DNA from: a virus
Direction: 5' to 3' (one strand)
IMG/VR virus record: IMGVR_UViG_3300023179_000030
Span: 1-64,000 of that record
DNA: 64,000 nt
The translations under genes and the position numbers were made by a program. The first letter of the stretch is position 1, and every line of letters starts with the position of its first letter. This document shows positions 1 to 9,277 of this stretch, in pieces. Under the pieces are notes generated by a model. The model was not told where the DNA came from. It did not search any database and saw nothing but the letters and a program-made list of their open reading frames with translations.

Positions 1-584
1 TGTATATCTCTTTCGTATGCATCGCCACGGCGTCTATAAGAACTTTCTGCAACATTTGTTTCTCCCACCATTTTATGACGTGTGGTTGGTAACTTGGTTT
101 TAGTAGTTATTTTCTTAGAGAAAGCACTCCAATCGGGCTTCATGACTTCACCTGTCTCACTGTCTGCTCCTTTTTTCGGGCGACCACGTCCACGTTGCGT
201 AGGTGGTGCTTTGTAGTCATCATCAAAGCTTGTGCCATAAGTGCCTTTGTGAATTCTACCAGTACTGGTGTGTTTTGTTTCGCCTTCAGATACTGATGCA
301 TGAGCTAGTTTTTTACCTGTAGCTGCCGCCTTTTGAAACTTTTCTTTACCATATTTTTTACGCCCAATCGCTGCTGCCACTGCTTCGGGATTTTCTGCTG
401 AGCCGCCTTTTTCAATTCCGGCAACTGTTTTTTTCCAGCCCAAATATTTCTCAGAAACAATCTGCTCCATAGTAGATTCTAGCAATGTATTTGATTTGGG
501 AGTTTTGGAGAGTTCAACTGCTGTGTCTGTCACCTTGTTAAAGTTATCCAAAATGTCATAAATATTGTTATTTTCTTGGCTCAT
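1..584 (-). CDS. Partial ORF running off the window edge; probable internal head/virion protein with an AT-hook motif
   Basis: Not in the ORF track. Translated by hand from ATG at 584 (MSQENNNIYDILDNFNKV...PPTQRGRGRPKKG...VAESSYRRRGDAYERDI) and open to base 1. It starts 1 nt after the stop of 586..1197. Lys-rich, with repeated L/V-x-E sites. Confidence 0.75.
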   Translation of the reverse strand, partial: MSQENNNIYDILDNFNKVTDTAVELSKTPKSNTLLESTMEQIVSEKYLGWKKTVAGIEKGGSAENPEAVAAAIGRKKYGKEKFQKAAATGKKLAHASVSEGETKHTSTGRIHKGTYGTSFDDDYKAPPTQRGRGRPKKGADSETGEVMKPDWSAFSKKITTKTKLPTTRHKMVGETNVAESSYRRRGDAYERDI

Positions 585-585
585 A

Positions 586-1197
586 TTATTTTCCTGATAT
601 TTTTTTAATTGTTGGCAACTTAATTTGCCTACTTCCTAGGGGGCTAACAGTATCACCTGGGAATGTATCACTGGTCTTGGTCGCTGTAGTTTTGCCGCCT
701 GCTGCTTGAGAGTATTCGTAACGGCGCGTAGCTTCTAATTCTTTTATAAGAACTGGCACCCTAGCATCACCAACTAGGTCCGCTGGTGGTTTGGTGGTGG
801 TCATTTCAGGCGTTGCTAAAACACTCTCACCCCATTTTTGCAAATTACTTTGCTCCATACCAGCCAAAGCAGCTTCATAGGGGCCGTTTAATGGGGTTAC
901 CTTAATACATGATTGGTGCATTCCCGCTCTTTCCGACACCTTTGACAAGATCAAAGCATCAGTAGTTGGATAACTTAGACATACATCAATAATATTAATT
1001 TCTACAGGGCCCAAATTTGGAAATTCCGGAGACTCGTGTATTGGCAACCTTTTGGGTTTGGTAATGCTTACTATCTTATAGGCTTCCAGAACCGTTTTTA
1101 TTTTTTCTATTAGTGTATCATCCACTTCACAGGCCAGCCTAATTCTAAAATCAAAGGTCCTGGTATTTTCTGTAACGTAATCGGTCAAACTTTTCAT
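586..1197 (-). CDS. Hypothetical phage protein (late, probably structural)
   Basis: 203-aa ORF with SD CAGGA and an ATAAATA late-promoter box upstream. Confidence 0.7.
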   Translation of the reverse strand: MKSLTDYVTENTRTFDFRIRLACEVDDTLIEKIKTVLEAYKIVSITKPKRLPIHESPEFPNLGPVEINIIDVCLSYPTTDALILSKVSERAGMHQSCIKVTPLNGPYEAALAGMEQSNLQKWGESVLATPEMTTTKPPADLVGDARVPVLIKELEATRRYEYSQAAGGKTTATKTSDTFPGDTVSPLGSRQIKLPTIKKISGK

Positions 1198-1216
1198 ATT
1201 TTTTCCTGTAATAGAG

Positions 1217-1223
1217 TATTTAT
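1217..1223 (-). promoter_or_regulatory. T4-like late promoter box ATAAATA
   Basis: Matches the NTAAATA motif that recurs just upstream of structural genes throughout the window. Confidence 0.65.
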
Positions 1224-1729
1224 TAATTTTTAGAATTATTGGATGATCTGTTTAGTATTTGTGCTAGCAATGAATTTCTATCCAATACCTGCGCCTCACC
1301 CTCAATAGATTCGTCGGCTCCCTGGTTATCTTTGTTGATTTGATAATCCAATCTCATTTTCTTTAATTGTAAATCAACCATTTTAAGTTTTTTATCTAGT
1401 TTGGCTTGTTTAGCAGTGATCGCATGACCCAGTAATACCCCAGCTGTTTGGAATATAGTACCACTGAATCTAGCCTCCACGTTCATACCTAGGGACATTA
1501 AATCTGAAAAATTATCCTTAGCCAATTTGGCCAACTCGTCTAGTTCAGCGTCACTGGTGTCCAAGTCATTGACAAATGGCAACGCTAGATCTATTTTATC
1601 TATAGCATTATCTATTTCACTGATCGTTGTTTTTTGTTCTTCAGTTATTGCTACCACTTGTTCATGAGTGGTGTCGTCATCTGATTCAACAGGAGCTAAG
1701 TCAAAAAGGGCTTCTAAACGTTTAGTCAT
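1223..1729 (-). CDS. Putative terminase small subunit (T4 gp16-like)
   Basis: 168 aa. Acidic N-terminus then two long amphipathic helices (DAELDELAKLAKDNFSDLMSLG...IFQTAGVLLGHAITAKQAKLDKKLKMVDLQ), resembling the gp16 helical hairpin. Late promoter upstream. Confidence 0.45.
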   Translation of the reverse strand: MTKRLEALFDLAPVESDDDTTHEQVVAITEEQKTTISEIDNAIDKIDLALPFVNDLDTSDAELDELAKLAKDNFSDLMSLGMNVEARFSGTIFQTAGVLLGHAITAKQAKLDKKLKMVDLQLKKMRLDYQINKDNQGADESIEGEAQVLDRNSLLAQILNRSSNNSKN

Positions 1730-1733
1730 TGAG

Positions 1734-1740
1734 TATTTAT
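1734..1740 (-). promoter_or_regulatory. Late promoter box ATAAATA, 4 nt before the ATG (leaderless)
   Basis: Minus strand reads ATAAATA-CTCA-ATG, leaving no room for an SD. Confidence 0.65.
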
Positions 1741-1762
1741 CGTTTAAATTAGCGCTGGGATT

Positions 1763-2194
1763 TCATTTTTTAGTGCCAGCATAAATGTCGTGTTCCGTGA
1801 CAATTCTAAAAATAAGGCCTTGAGCTTTGCAGAATTTACGGGCTGCTTCCCATTTAAACATATTTAATGCCACAGCCGCTTTGTCTTTGGTAGATCTAGC
1901 AGATTCCATAGTGGTTTCTTTAAGTGGTTTTACTTCCACTACTTCCCCGTGTTTCTTACCATTTCTATCTACATAAACTATTAAAAAATCTGGCACATAT
2001 ATAGTATTTTTCCCAGTAAAGGGATTTCGATAATTTATGTGAATAGCTTCACTGGCCCATTGCAACACCGAAGGGTTATTATCTAAAAATAGCATAAATG
2101 TCATTTCCCAGCTACTTCTATAATGGGGCGTCTTTTTACCCACATATTTTTCAGGGTTTTTAATTTGATAAAAGCCTTGACTATACTTTGCCAT
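1763..2194 (-). CDS. gp4: Head completion protein (T4 gp4-like, TnsA-type nuclease fold)
   Basis: Motifs KNPEKYVG, YRSSWE, WASE, YVPDF, VEVKP and KWEAA are typical of gp4. Confidence 0.9.
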   Translation of the reverse strand: MAKYSQGFYQIKNPEKYVGKKTPHYRSSWEMTFMLFLDNNPSVLQWASEAIHINYRNPFTGKNTIYVPDFLIVYVDRNGKKHGEVVEVKPLKETTMESARSTKDKAAVALNMFKWEAARKFCKAQGLIFRIVTEHDIYAGTKK

Positions 2195-2198
2195 GATT

Positions 2199-2582
2199 TT
2201 AAGTTATTATAGTTCTAGACACATAGCTATTAGTTTTTGGGATATTCTTTATTCCCAGCAAACTTGTATTGACTCTTGAAGCATTTAAGTACAATGACAG
2301 TAGGGCTGTTAATTTGTCCTGTGATAGCTTTTGAAATTCAGTTAACACAGTCATGGGGTCTTCCTTTTTGGCTTGTGCAGTATCTATCACAGCCTGCGAT
2401 AACAATAATGCACTTTCCCTGTTACCGGTTTGCTCTTCAAAAAAACTCAATATTGCATCATTGGTATTCTGACTAATAGAATTCTTAGGTAAGAAAAAAT
2501 TATTAAAATATCTAGTAGTTGAGTTTGACCCAGTTGTATTTAAATTACTGGGCTGTTGAGGGTTATAAGTTATATTTGACAT
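2199..2582 (-). CDS. Hypothetical protein (probable tail/baseplate component)
   Basis: Start moved to ATG 2582 (MSNITY), just after the stop of 2585..4867. About 127 aa. Confidence 0.6.
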   Translation of the reverse strand: MSNITYNPQQPSNLNTTGSNSTTRYFNNFFLPKNSISQNTNDAILSFFEEQTGNRESALLLSQAVIDTAQAKKEDPMTVLTEFQKLSQDKLTALLSLYLNASRVNTSLLGIKNIPKTNSYVSRTIIT

Positions 2583-2584
2583 AA

Positions 2585-4867
2585 TTATCCAATGGTGATG
2601 TCGCCGTCTGTAAATGGCCACACTGTATTATTAGAAACGTCTGACGCTAATGTACCAGAATTTGGCAGTGATGCATAAACGTCTGAGTTTTCTCCCAAAA
2701 CAGCGGGTGTCCAATTAGTAAAGGTGGGCTCATAAATTCCTTCAGTTGTGGATACCACTTCATCATCTGCATTGGTACTTATGACACTACCGTTCTTAAA
2801 GACAGTGGTTTTACCGCCATATTGATTTTCCACTTGGCTGACCACATTTTGAGTAGGATTGTTTGCCACTTGTCCGCCATTGCCGGTCCAAGTTCCAACG
2901 ATGTTCTTAATACTACCACTTACACTATCCCAGCCCTGCACAATACTGCCAGTTATACCGTTTGTTAAAGGTTGAATTCCGTTGTTGATCGCCCTACCAA
3001 TTACTGCACCAGATAAACCGCTTACTGCCGCTGAAACGCCTTGACCTATCACTGATCGACCCAATGCAGTTGAGTTTAGCACAGTATTCAAAGTTGTTCC
3101 AGCATACAATCCACCAGTTATACCCGCTACTCCACTTAAAGCATTGGTTATATAGGCACTGGAAGTATTACCCACGGAGTAGGTCAAACCAGTTACCGGG
3201 TTAGTAAAATATTGTGGAGCATTGGGATTGACCGAACCACCCGCTGCTATTATATCACGAGTATTGGTGGGGTTAGTGTCAATATTTGTAGCATTAGTTT
3301 TGGCACCTGGGTAAGTCTGCAATATTTCTCCTGAACTATTAAATATTACCCGTGTCCCATCGTTATAAGTTTTTTGTAAAATTGTTTGCCCACTGGAGTC
3401 AGTAAAAGTTTGTGTTACCTTCAGGTTTTCATTGACATTATTTGGATTAAATGAGCCCGCTTGTGCCCCAGTGGTTGCATAATTACTTACTACCGTTCCA
3501 GAACTATCTAATAATAATGCAGTTTGCTGTCCAGTTACAGGTTGCCCGGTTCTAGCAGCGATTGCAATTTCCCCTGAATTATCTGTTGCTTGATAGACAG
3601 TGGTGCTATTTGGGTTTCCTGCCGCGCCAGCCTGATTGCTAATGGTACCTCGAGTCCAATTATCAAAAGCGCCACGTACATAATTTATCGCTGATCCCAC
3701 TGTTATAGCCGAAGCTGATCCTGAAATTGATACTCCATCACCATTGGGTGGGTTGGCATAAGGGCTCTCATAGGATATCAATCCAGTATTAGTTTTAATT
3801 TGACTGGTGGCCGCATCACTATATCCGGGAATTCCACTGAGGGTTGGGAAGAAACTGGAGTTAGTATATGTGCTATTAACCGCTCCATTAATTATTCTAC
3901 CACCAATTTGACCTATAGTGGTACCAATCAGTGTTCCAAAATTTGCGTTTTTTGCACCATTGTAAAGACGATAAGCATCTAACACACTACCAAATACCCC
4001 GCGACCGCTACCTGTACCTGGTGGTCTTGCAAGATCTTTTGCGCCGTCTGCTAGCGCCCCCACAATTCCAGAATCACTGTATATATTTGTAACACTTGTT
4101 GAAATTGGGCTGTCAAAGTTGTCGTAATGCAACACTGCGAACCCATTGACATCCACAGGGTTGACATAACCCGTTTTGTATTTGACAGTCTCAAATGCCA
4201 CAGTCATGGTATTCTCTAGGGTATCGCCACCACCCGATGAATTATGCTCACCATGACGCCAACCAGTTATGTATGGGTTAATTAGCAAATATTCTGTAAA
4301 CCTCTTATTGTGCAAACTGAATATTTGTATATTACGTAAGAATGGGGTGGCGCTGGAATTCCTTGGGTTAAACCCCCAATTGGAACGTAGCCTAGGGTTA
4401 TACTTATGCGGAGTTTGATACAGGGTAGCATCATAGTCGCTGTCCCTGTAATAATAAGTATAATAATCATTCCAAAAATTAGTTACTATATCAGCAGCAT
4501 CATCATGAAAGGATATAGTTATAGGATCATAGGAGATATTGGTCTGTACGATATTTTTTCTATTGTAAGAATTTAAAGTTTTAGATCCAATGTTAAATTT
4601 AGGTAGATCTACTCTTTTGGCCATTAATCCTGCTTCATATTGCTCCAAAAGAGTTTGACTACTAACCGAAGTATTAATAGATTGAGTTGTAATTAATATA
4701 TTCTGCAAAGTGTCTTTATCGATGTTGATGCAGACATAATATAAAAATGATTGTTTAGGAGCCAGTCTAAAGTTGTCCGCAAGGAATAACTTGGACGCAT
4801 GAGTATAGGGATGTGTGCCAACACCGGGCGCCAGTGATTTTAAATCTGCATTGTATAAAGAAGCCAT
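2585..4867 (-). CDS. Tail-tube-like baseplate protein (gp19/gp54-type N-terminal domain) with a long G/S/T/N-rich extension
   Basis: The N-terminal ~250 aa show a tube-fold pattern (AKRVDLPKF...YDPITISFHDD...W..YY...LINPYIT...TMTVAFE). Adjacent to the tube gene. Confidence 0.65.
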   Translation of the reverse strand: MASLYNADLKSLAPGVGTHPYTHASKLFLADNFRLAPKQSFLYYVCINIDKDTLQNILITTQSINTSVSSQTLLEQYEAGLMAKRVDLPKFNIGSKTLNSYNRKNIVQTNISYDPITISFHDDAADIVTNFWNDYYTYYYRDSDYDATLYQTPHKYNPRLRSNWGFNPRNSSATPFLRNIQIFSLHNKRFTEYLLINPYITGWRHGEHNSSGGGDTLENTMTVAFETVKYKTGYVNPVDVNGFAVLHYDNFDSPISTSVTNIYSDSGIVGALADGAKDLARPPGTGSGRGVFGSVLDAYRLYNGAKNANFGTLIGTTIGQIGGRIINGAVNSTYTNSSFFPTLSGIPGYSDAATSQIKTNTGLISYESPYANPPNGDGVSISGSASAITVGSAINYVRGAFDNWTRGTISNQAGAAGNPNSTTVYQATDNSGEIAIAARTGQPVTGQQTALLLDSSGTVVSNYATTGAQAGSFNPNNVNENLKVTQTFTDSSGQTILQKTYNDGTRVIFNSSGEILQTYPGAKTNATNIDTNPTNTRDIIAAGGSVNPNAPQYFTNPVTGLTYSVGNTSSAYITNALSGVAGITGGLYAGTTLNTVLNSTALGRSVIGQGVSAAVSGLSGAVIGRAINNGIQPLTNGITGSIVQGWDSVSGSIKNIVGTWTGNGGQVANNPTQNVVSQVENQYGGKTTVFKNGSVISTNADDEVVSTTEGIYEPTFTNWTPAVLGENSDVYASLPNSGTLASDVSNNTVWPFTDGDITIG

Positions 4868-4872
4868 ATAGA

Positions 4873-4879
4873 TATTTAG
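4873..4879 (-). promoter_or_regulatory. Late promoter box CTAAATA, 5 nt before the ATG (leaderless)
   Basis: Minus strand reads CTAAATA-TCTAT-ATG. Confidence 0.65.
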
Positions 4880-4882
4880 CCC

Positions 4883-4912
4883 ATTTAAAACGCCCCTAAG
4901 GGCGTTTTAAAT
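4883..4912 (-). terminator. Intrinsic terminator after the tail tube gene
   Basis: Perfect inverted repeat atttaaaacgccc-ctaa-gggcgttttaaat, 19 nt after the tube stop codon. Confidence 0.8.
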
Positions 4913-4930
4913 TAAATTAATATTAGCAAA

Positions 4931-5545
4931 TTATCCCGTTATAACCGTGCCATTGGTTCTTGTAACACTTGTACCAACTCCACCACCGGAAATTTGTATT
5001 GCATTGTCATAGCGTATTTCCATTGTAATGCTCATTGGGTCATTGACGCTGTAATCTGCATCACCATAATTTACATTGGTTAGGAAACACCCATATAGCT
5101 GCCAGGATTCTAGAACTGTTGGTTCTATAGCACCATTGGCACCATCCAACATCTCTATAGTGACCACGAATTTATAGTCAATACCACTGGCTGCGCTGGC
5201 TTGTTCCATAAAATCAAATTGCTTTTGCAATTGCTCGCCAACCAATCTGCTGACATTACCACCTGCATCGTCACGTAGATCAGCAGTCACCGCAGACCAA
5301 GTTGGACGCCCAGCCAAATAGATTTTACTGTTATACACAGGAATTTCTATTGGGTCAAACGCCACTGTGGGTCTTCCAAATTTTAAAACCTGCTTAGTCA
5401 ATTCAGTTTTGGGATTGCTAACACCAAAATTTTCAAAATTTGCTCTATAGCGAAATTTTAATTTGGGCATTAGCATACCCTGTGTGGTGGCACTTTGATT
5501 GCCACCCAACGGTACTGTGAACCGTGTTAATGATGAAACTGCCAT
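4931..5545 (-). CDS. gp19: Tail tube protein
   Basis: PKLKFRYR, GRPTV, IYLAGRPTW, WQLYGCF..NVNYG and I.YDNA tube motifs. Directly downstream of the sheath gene. Confidence 0.88.
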   Translation of the reverse strand: MAVSSLTRFTVPLGGNQSATTQGMLMPKLKFRYRANFENFGVSNPKTELTKQVLKFGRPTVAFDPIEIPVYNSKIYLAGRPTWSAVTADLRDDAGGNVSRLVGEQLQKQFDFMEQASAASGIDYKFVVTIEMLDGANGAIEPTVLESWQLYGCFLTNVNYGDADYSVNDPMSITMEIRYDNAIQISGGGVGTSVTRTNGTVITG

Positions 5546-5548
5546 TTT

Positions 5549-8500
5549 TTATGCTCCTGTTCCTACGGTACTAGACGATGCTAGATTACCACCCTGGATT
5601 TCTCCGGGATTTTTTAATCGTATTGGTATATAAATAAACTCAACATCCTTAGTTGGTTGTATTGCTATATCTACCCATAGTTCGTGTCTAGCAATGCGCT
5701 CTGTGGTGTTGTTTGTTGAGTCACAGACAACTAAGTAATCTGTTATACCACGTTTAGCAATTAAATCATTAAGCAAACTAGAAGTTGTTGATTTGATAGA
5801 ATTACGTGTAATAGGATCATTGGGCTCAAATATAAAAGGTCTGCTCAATATATTTAATTGAGTCCTTAGATAATTAATCAACCTTGCAACATTAATCCTA
5901 TCCATTGCGCTGGGATCAGAGCTCAAGGTATTTTGACCATATACCACTAACCCTGTGCCTGGCAATTGTGTTAGAGGATTAATTTTGTTTGCACATAATG
6001 TGTCGCGTAGGCCTTGAGTAACCCCAATACTTACAAATGAACCGCTGTCAGCATCTACATAACCAATAGCGCTCAGATTATCAATTAGACCTCTACGTGT
6101 TCCAGCAGGTGCCATCCAGGGATAACTTACATTATCACTCTTGATGATTGTTCGCAATGCTGCGTGTGATGCTGGCACTACCACCGATGCACCAGATAGA
6201 TCATTGGTTTGCCCACTGGGGTAATAAACACCAACATAAGGACTTACTGTTGTTAGCCCATCTTCTGTAGTGGAAGTTGACCCTGAAGTATTTTGTGCCC
6301 AATTTTGTATTGCGGTGCCAGTTGCGGCTAACCGCATTGGGGTGTCACCAACAATAAACGCGGTATTATTACGATCTTCATTTAGTGCAACCATATTAGG
6401 CAGCAATTCAGGATAGCCTGGGCAAGCTATTAAGTTGTAAAGATTAGCATCTTCACGCAAAGCTGTACTGCCATCTATAGCTGCTTTTAATGCTGCAACT
6501 ACTACACCACGTTGAGCCTTACGCCCAAAATTTGGCACACCAGATTCGTTATAACCGCTTGCTGATACCCAGGTTGACGCTACAGTTGGTAATGATTGAT
6601 TTGGATACGCTGCCGCAGTAAAATAACTTGATTTGAATTGTTTTACATTAAAACCGCTAGCTCTGGTATTCCATAGCAATGTACCTCGTGCGTAAAATGC
6701 AGCACTGGGTGCATCTAAATCTACATAATTACTCTTGGCTAAAGTTGCAATACTAGGAATGCTATCTGTTGCCGGATTTATGCTGCCCGATGTTCCCCAA
6801 CGTGCATCAGCAAATACGATACCATTTTGGCTTACATTGTCTGAATTGTCAATTAATACCCACCGCGCAACACCGCTGACATTTTGCCAACGATAAAGTG
6901 CTGGGTAGTTTTCCAAATCATTTGTGTCTAACCATAGATCGCCATACTCCAACTGAGTACCATCGTCTTGTTTAGTAGGGGCACTAGAACTCAAAATAGC
7001 GCCAGTGCTGTTGGAATTCGTCAAATTGTACCCTCTAATATCTGAGGTCAATGTCTGATATCCAACCCAAGCGCTGCCATTGCTGATCATTATATCGGGA
7101 CGACTTGGATTATTATAGTACCAATATGTGTCATTAGTTGGGGCAACATAAGGCTGAGTGGCACTTACTGTATAGCCAATATTAGTCAATGGTTTCCAGT
7201 TTGTCGCAATTCTTACAGAACTTCCCAGTGCTGGACTTGCATAGACATTGGTTGCACTTGTGGTCAAGCCAATGTTTGCCAATGGTGTACCTGTACCGTC
7301 AGTTAAGAACATATCCCCGCCCAATGCATGTACTAAGGTCATTGCACCACTTGCGTTCAAGGCAGCTGACACATTTGGGATACTAGCCGCTGACACTGCT
7401 GAAATAAATCCTGGTACAGTGTTTGAAGTGATAGAAACAGAATATGTTGTTACAGTAGCACTAGCTGCATTAGCTCTGGTTTGTAATGTAAAACTAGAAC
7501 CAATAGCGGCTCCCACTGGAGTAGTAGTTACACCAGTAGCCACTGTTGCACCTGTACCGCTGCGATACCATAGATATGTTGCTATATTTGCATCTGTGGT
7601 CTCATAGACATTATATTGTGCAAATATTGTACCTGCTGCAATATTGTTGCCACCGCCAGTGGGGTCTAAACCATAAGTTGCAGCAAAAACATTTCCATAG
7701 TTTGATATTGTTTGTGATGACCAAGATTCGGTGCTGGCGCTGTAGGTTTTTACTGCTACAGATAAACCAGAACCAATTTGGCTAGCTTTTTGCCAAACGC
7801 TACCAGAAGGACGAGCTATGTTGCCAGGTATGGTGCCTTCCCAAGTTGGAACTGAGTAATAAGGACTTATCTGCACTGACGGTGTTTTATAGTATCCTGA
7901 GGTAATGCCTAAGGTAGTCAGTGGAGTCAAATTACCGTTGGTGATGTTAATCAGCCCGTCTGCCACGAAACCGTTGGAAGTTGCTGCCGATGTGCCACTG
8001 ATTATTAATTGATTGGTTGACGACACCCTTGCCGAAACCCCTGTTATAGCTGCTGAGTTAATTGCAGACGCAACTTGTGCCACATTTGCACCACTGGCAA
8101 GATTGACATTGTTGGTGTTGATTATGATATATGTACTTGCTGGTATAACTGGACTTGTTGTAGTGCCAGTAATTACCGGTAACTTTGATTGCCAACCCAC
8201 ATTACCAACCATTTGCCAAGTATTGTCATAAGTTTTGTAAAATACAGTATTTTTGTCGCTGACAACATTGACCGCGTAATCGCCAATTGAGCCAATTGTT
8301 ACATTTGGTGTAACATTACCCACCAATTCACTGGAACTAGTGATAGTGTAGGGGGTCTTTAACGTAAAAGCCTGGCTGGTGGCACTCCACTCGTATATAC
8401 CCCAATTAGTATTGGCGGTATCCATCCACAATGTTCCATCATCTGGGTTGGATAAAGGACGAGTTGTAGTACCAGTTAGGCCAGCGAGATCCACATTAGC

Positions 8501-8833
8501 CCGTTGTATATAGGCTGTATTGCTGACACCAAGTATACTGTATGCGGTTAGCAAACCATATTCATTTTGCTCATCAGCGTTGCTTGCAACTCCGCTTGAG
8601 GTAGTTTTGAACGTTGGTGTCCCAAAAGTGGTAACCAAGTCACGCTGGCTGGAAATATTCCATACTTTGCCCGCATTTTCCGATGTTGTACCTGCAGCGA
8701 TTGAAGTTCCGCCAGGTGCGATTTTATCTTGAGCTGTGGCTAGCAAAATGTAGGCCACTGAGCCCAAAGCATTAGGTGCGTAATTGCTTTGATCAGTAAC
8801 TGATATCTGTACGCCAGGACTTGTTAAGGCCAT
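5549..8833 (-). CDS. gp18: Contractile tail sheath protein with large insertion domains (~1094 aa)
   Basis: Real start is ATG 8833 (MALTSPGVQISVTDQS) with SD AGGAG. C-terminal sheath motifs PWMAPAGTRRG, DRINVARL, FIFEPND and EFIYIPI. Confidence 0.93.
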   Translation of the reverse strand: MALTSPGVQISVTDQSNYAPNALGSVAYILLATAQDKIAPGGTSIAAGTTSENAGKVWNISSQRDLVTTFGTPTFKTTSSGVASNADEQNEYGLLTAYSILGVSNTAYIQRANVDLAGLTGTTTRPLSNPDDGTLWMDTANTNWGIYEWSATSQAFTLKTPYTITSSSELVGNVTPNVTIGSIGDYAVNVVSDKNTVFYKTYDNTWQMVGNVGWQSKLPVITGTTTSPVIPASTYIIINTNNVNLASGANVAQVASAINSAAITGVSARVSSTNQLIISGTSAATSNGFVADGLINITNGNLTPLTTLGITSGYYKTPSVQISPYYSVPTWEGTIPGNIARPSGSVWQKASQIGSGLSVAVKTYSASTESWSSQTISNYGNVFAATYGLDPTGGGNNIAAGTIFAQYNVYETTDANIATYLWYRSGTGATVATGVTTTPVGAAIGSSFTLQTRANAASATVTTYSVSITSNTVPGFISAVSAASIPNVSAALNASGAMTLVHALGGDMFLTDGTGTPLANIGLTTSATNVYASPALGSSVRIATNWKPLTNIGYTVSATQPYVAPTNDTYWYYNNPSRPDIMISNGSAWVGYQTLTSDIRGYNLTNSNSTGAILSSSAPTKQDDGTQLEYGDLWLDTNDLENYPALYRWQNVSGVARWVLIDNSDNVSQNGIVFADARWGTSGSINPATDSIPSIATLAKSNYVDLDAPSAAFYARGTLLWNTRASGFNVKQFKSSYFTAAAYPNQSLPTVASTWVSASGYNESGVPNFGRKAQRGVVVAALKAAIDGSTALREDANLYNLIACPGYPELLPNMVALNEDRNNTAFIVGDTPMRLAATGTAIQNWAQNTSGSTSTTEDGLTTVSPYVGVYYPSGQTNDLSGASVVVPASHAALRTIIKSDNVSYPWMAPAGTRRGLIDNLSAIGYVDADSGSFVSIGVTQGLRDTLCANKINPLTQLPGTGLVVYGQNTLSSDPSAMDRINVARLINYLRTQLNILSRPFIFEPNDPITRNSIKSTTSSLLNDLIAKRGITDYLVVCDSTNNTTERIARHELWVDIAIQPTKDVEFIYIPIRLKNPGEIQGGNLASSSTVGTGA

Positions 8834-8862
8834 GTATTTTTCTCCTAGTAATCTATTATAGA

Positions 8863-8869
8863 TATTTAT
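8863..8869 (-). promoter_or_regulatory. Late promoter box ATAAATA for the sheath-tube operon
   Basis: Lies 29 nt upstream of the sheath ATG. Confidence 0.7.
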
Positions 8870-8918
8870 CCAAAGGTTCAAAATACCGCACTTTAGACCA
8901 CTCTTCCCAAAGGTTTGA

Positions 8919-8925
8919 TTAAATA
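8919..8925 (+). promoter_or_regulatory. Late promoter box TTAAATA, 4 nt before the ATG (leaderless, divergent from the sheath promoter)
   Basis: Plus strand reads TTAAATA-CTAG-ATG. Confidence 0.55.
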
Positions 8926-8929
8926 CTAG

Positions 8930-9277
8930 ATGAGAAGTATATGTCCTATTTGCAATCAACGTCCAGTGGCTATAAACTACCGATCTGGAGACAAGATTCA
9001 TTACAGAAAAATCTGCGATTCTTGTATTAGAAAAGGAAAAAAGCTAAAACCCGCTCCGCCAGCCTGGGTCAAATCAGGTTATAGAAAAAAAGACAGATGT
9101 GAGAAATGCGGCTGGCAAGCCAAATACGTAGATCGTCAAATGGCCGTTTACCATATTGACGGTAATCTACGCAACAACAATTTATTGAATTTAAAAACTA
9201 TATGTTTAAATTGCAGGGTAGAAATTGCTGCTAGCCACTTACCTTGGCGAGAGGCAGAAATCAAACCAGATTTTTAA
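8930..9277 (+). CDS. Small zinc-binding HNH-family protein
   Basis: Four CxxC pairs (CPIC, CDSC, CEKC, CLNC) and VYHIDGNLRNN-NLKTICLNC, an HNH-like motif. Confidence 0.75.
   Translation: MRSICPICNQRPVAINYRSGDKIHYRKICDSCIRKGKKLKPAPPAWVKSGYRKKDRCEKCGWQAKYVDRQMAVYHIDGNLRNNNLLNLKTICLNCRVEIAASHLPWREAEIKPDF

Noticed and set aside
8834-9001. N-terminal extensions given by the ORF track (sheath to 9001; also 2621, 18092, 29751, 31261, 44332, 51912, 59374, 62909)
   Set aside because: Downstream starts fit the SD or late-promoter positions and family N-termini better. The extensions overlap neighbouring genes or promoters.
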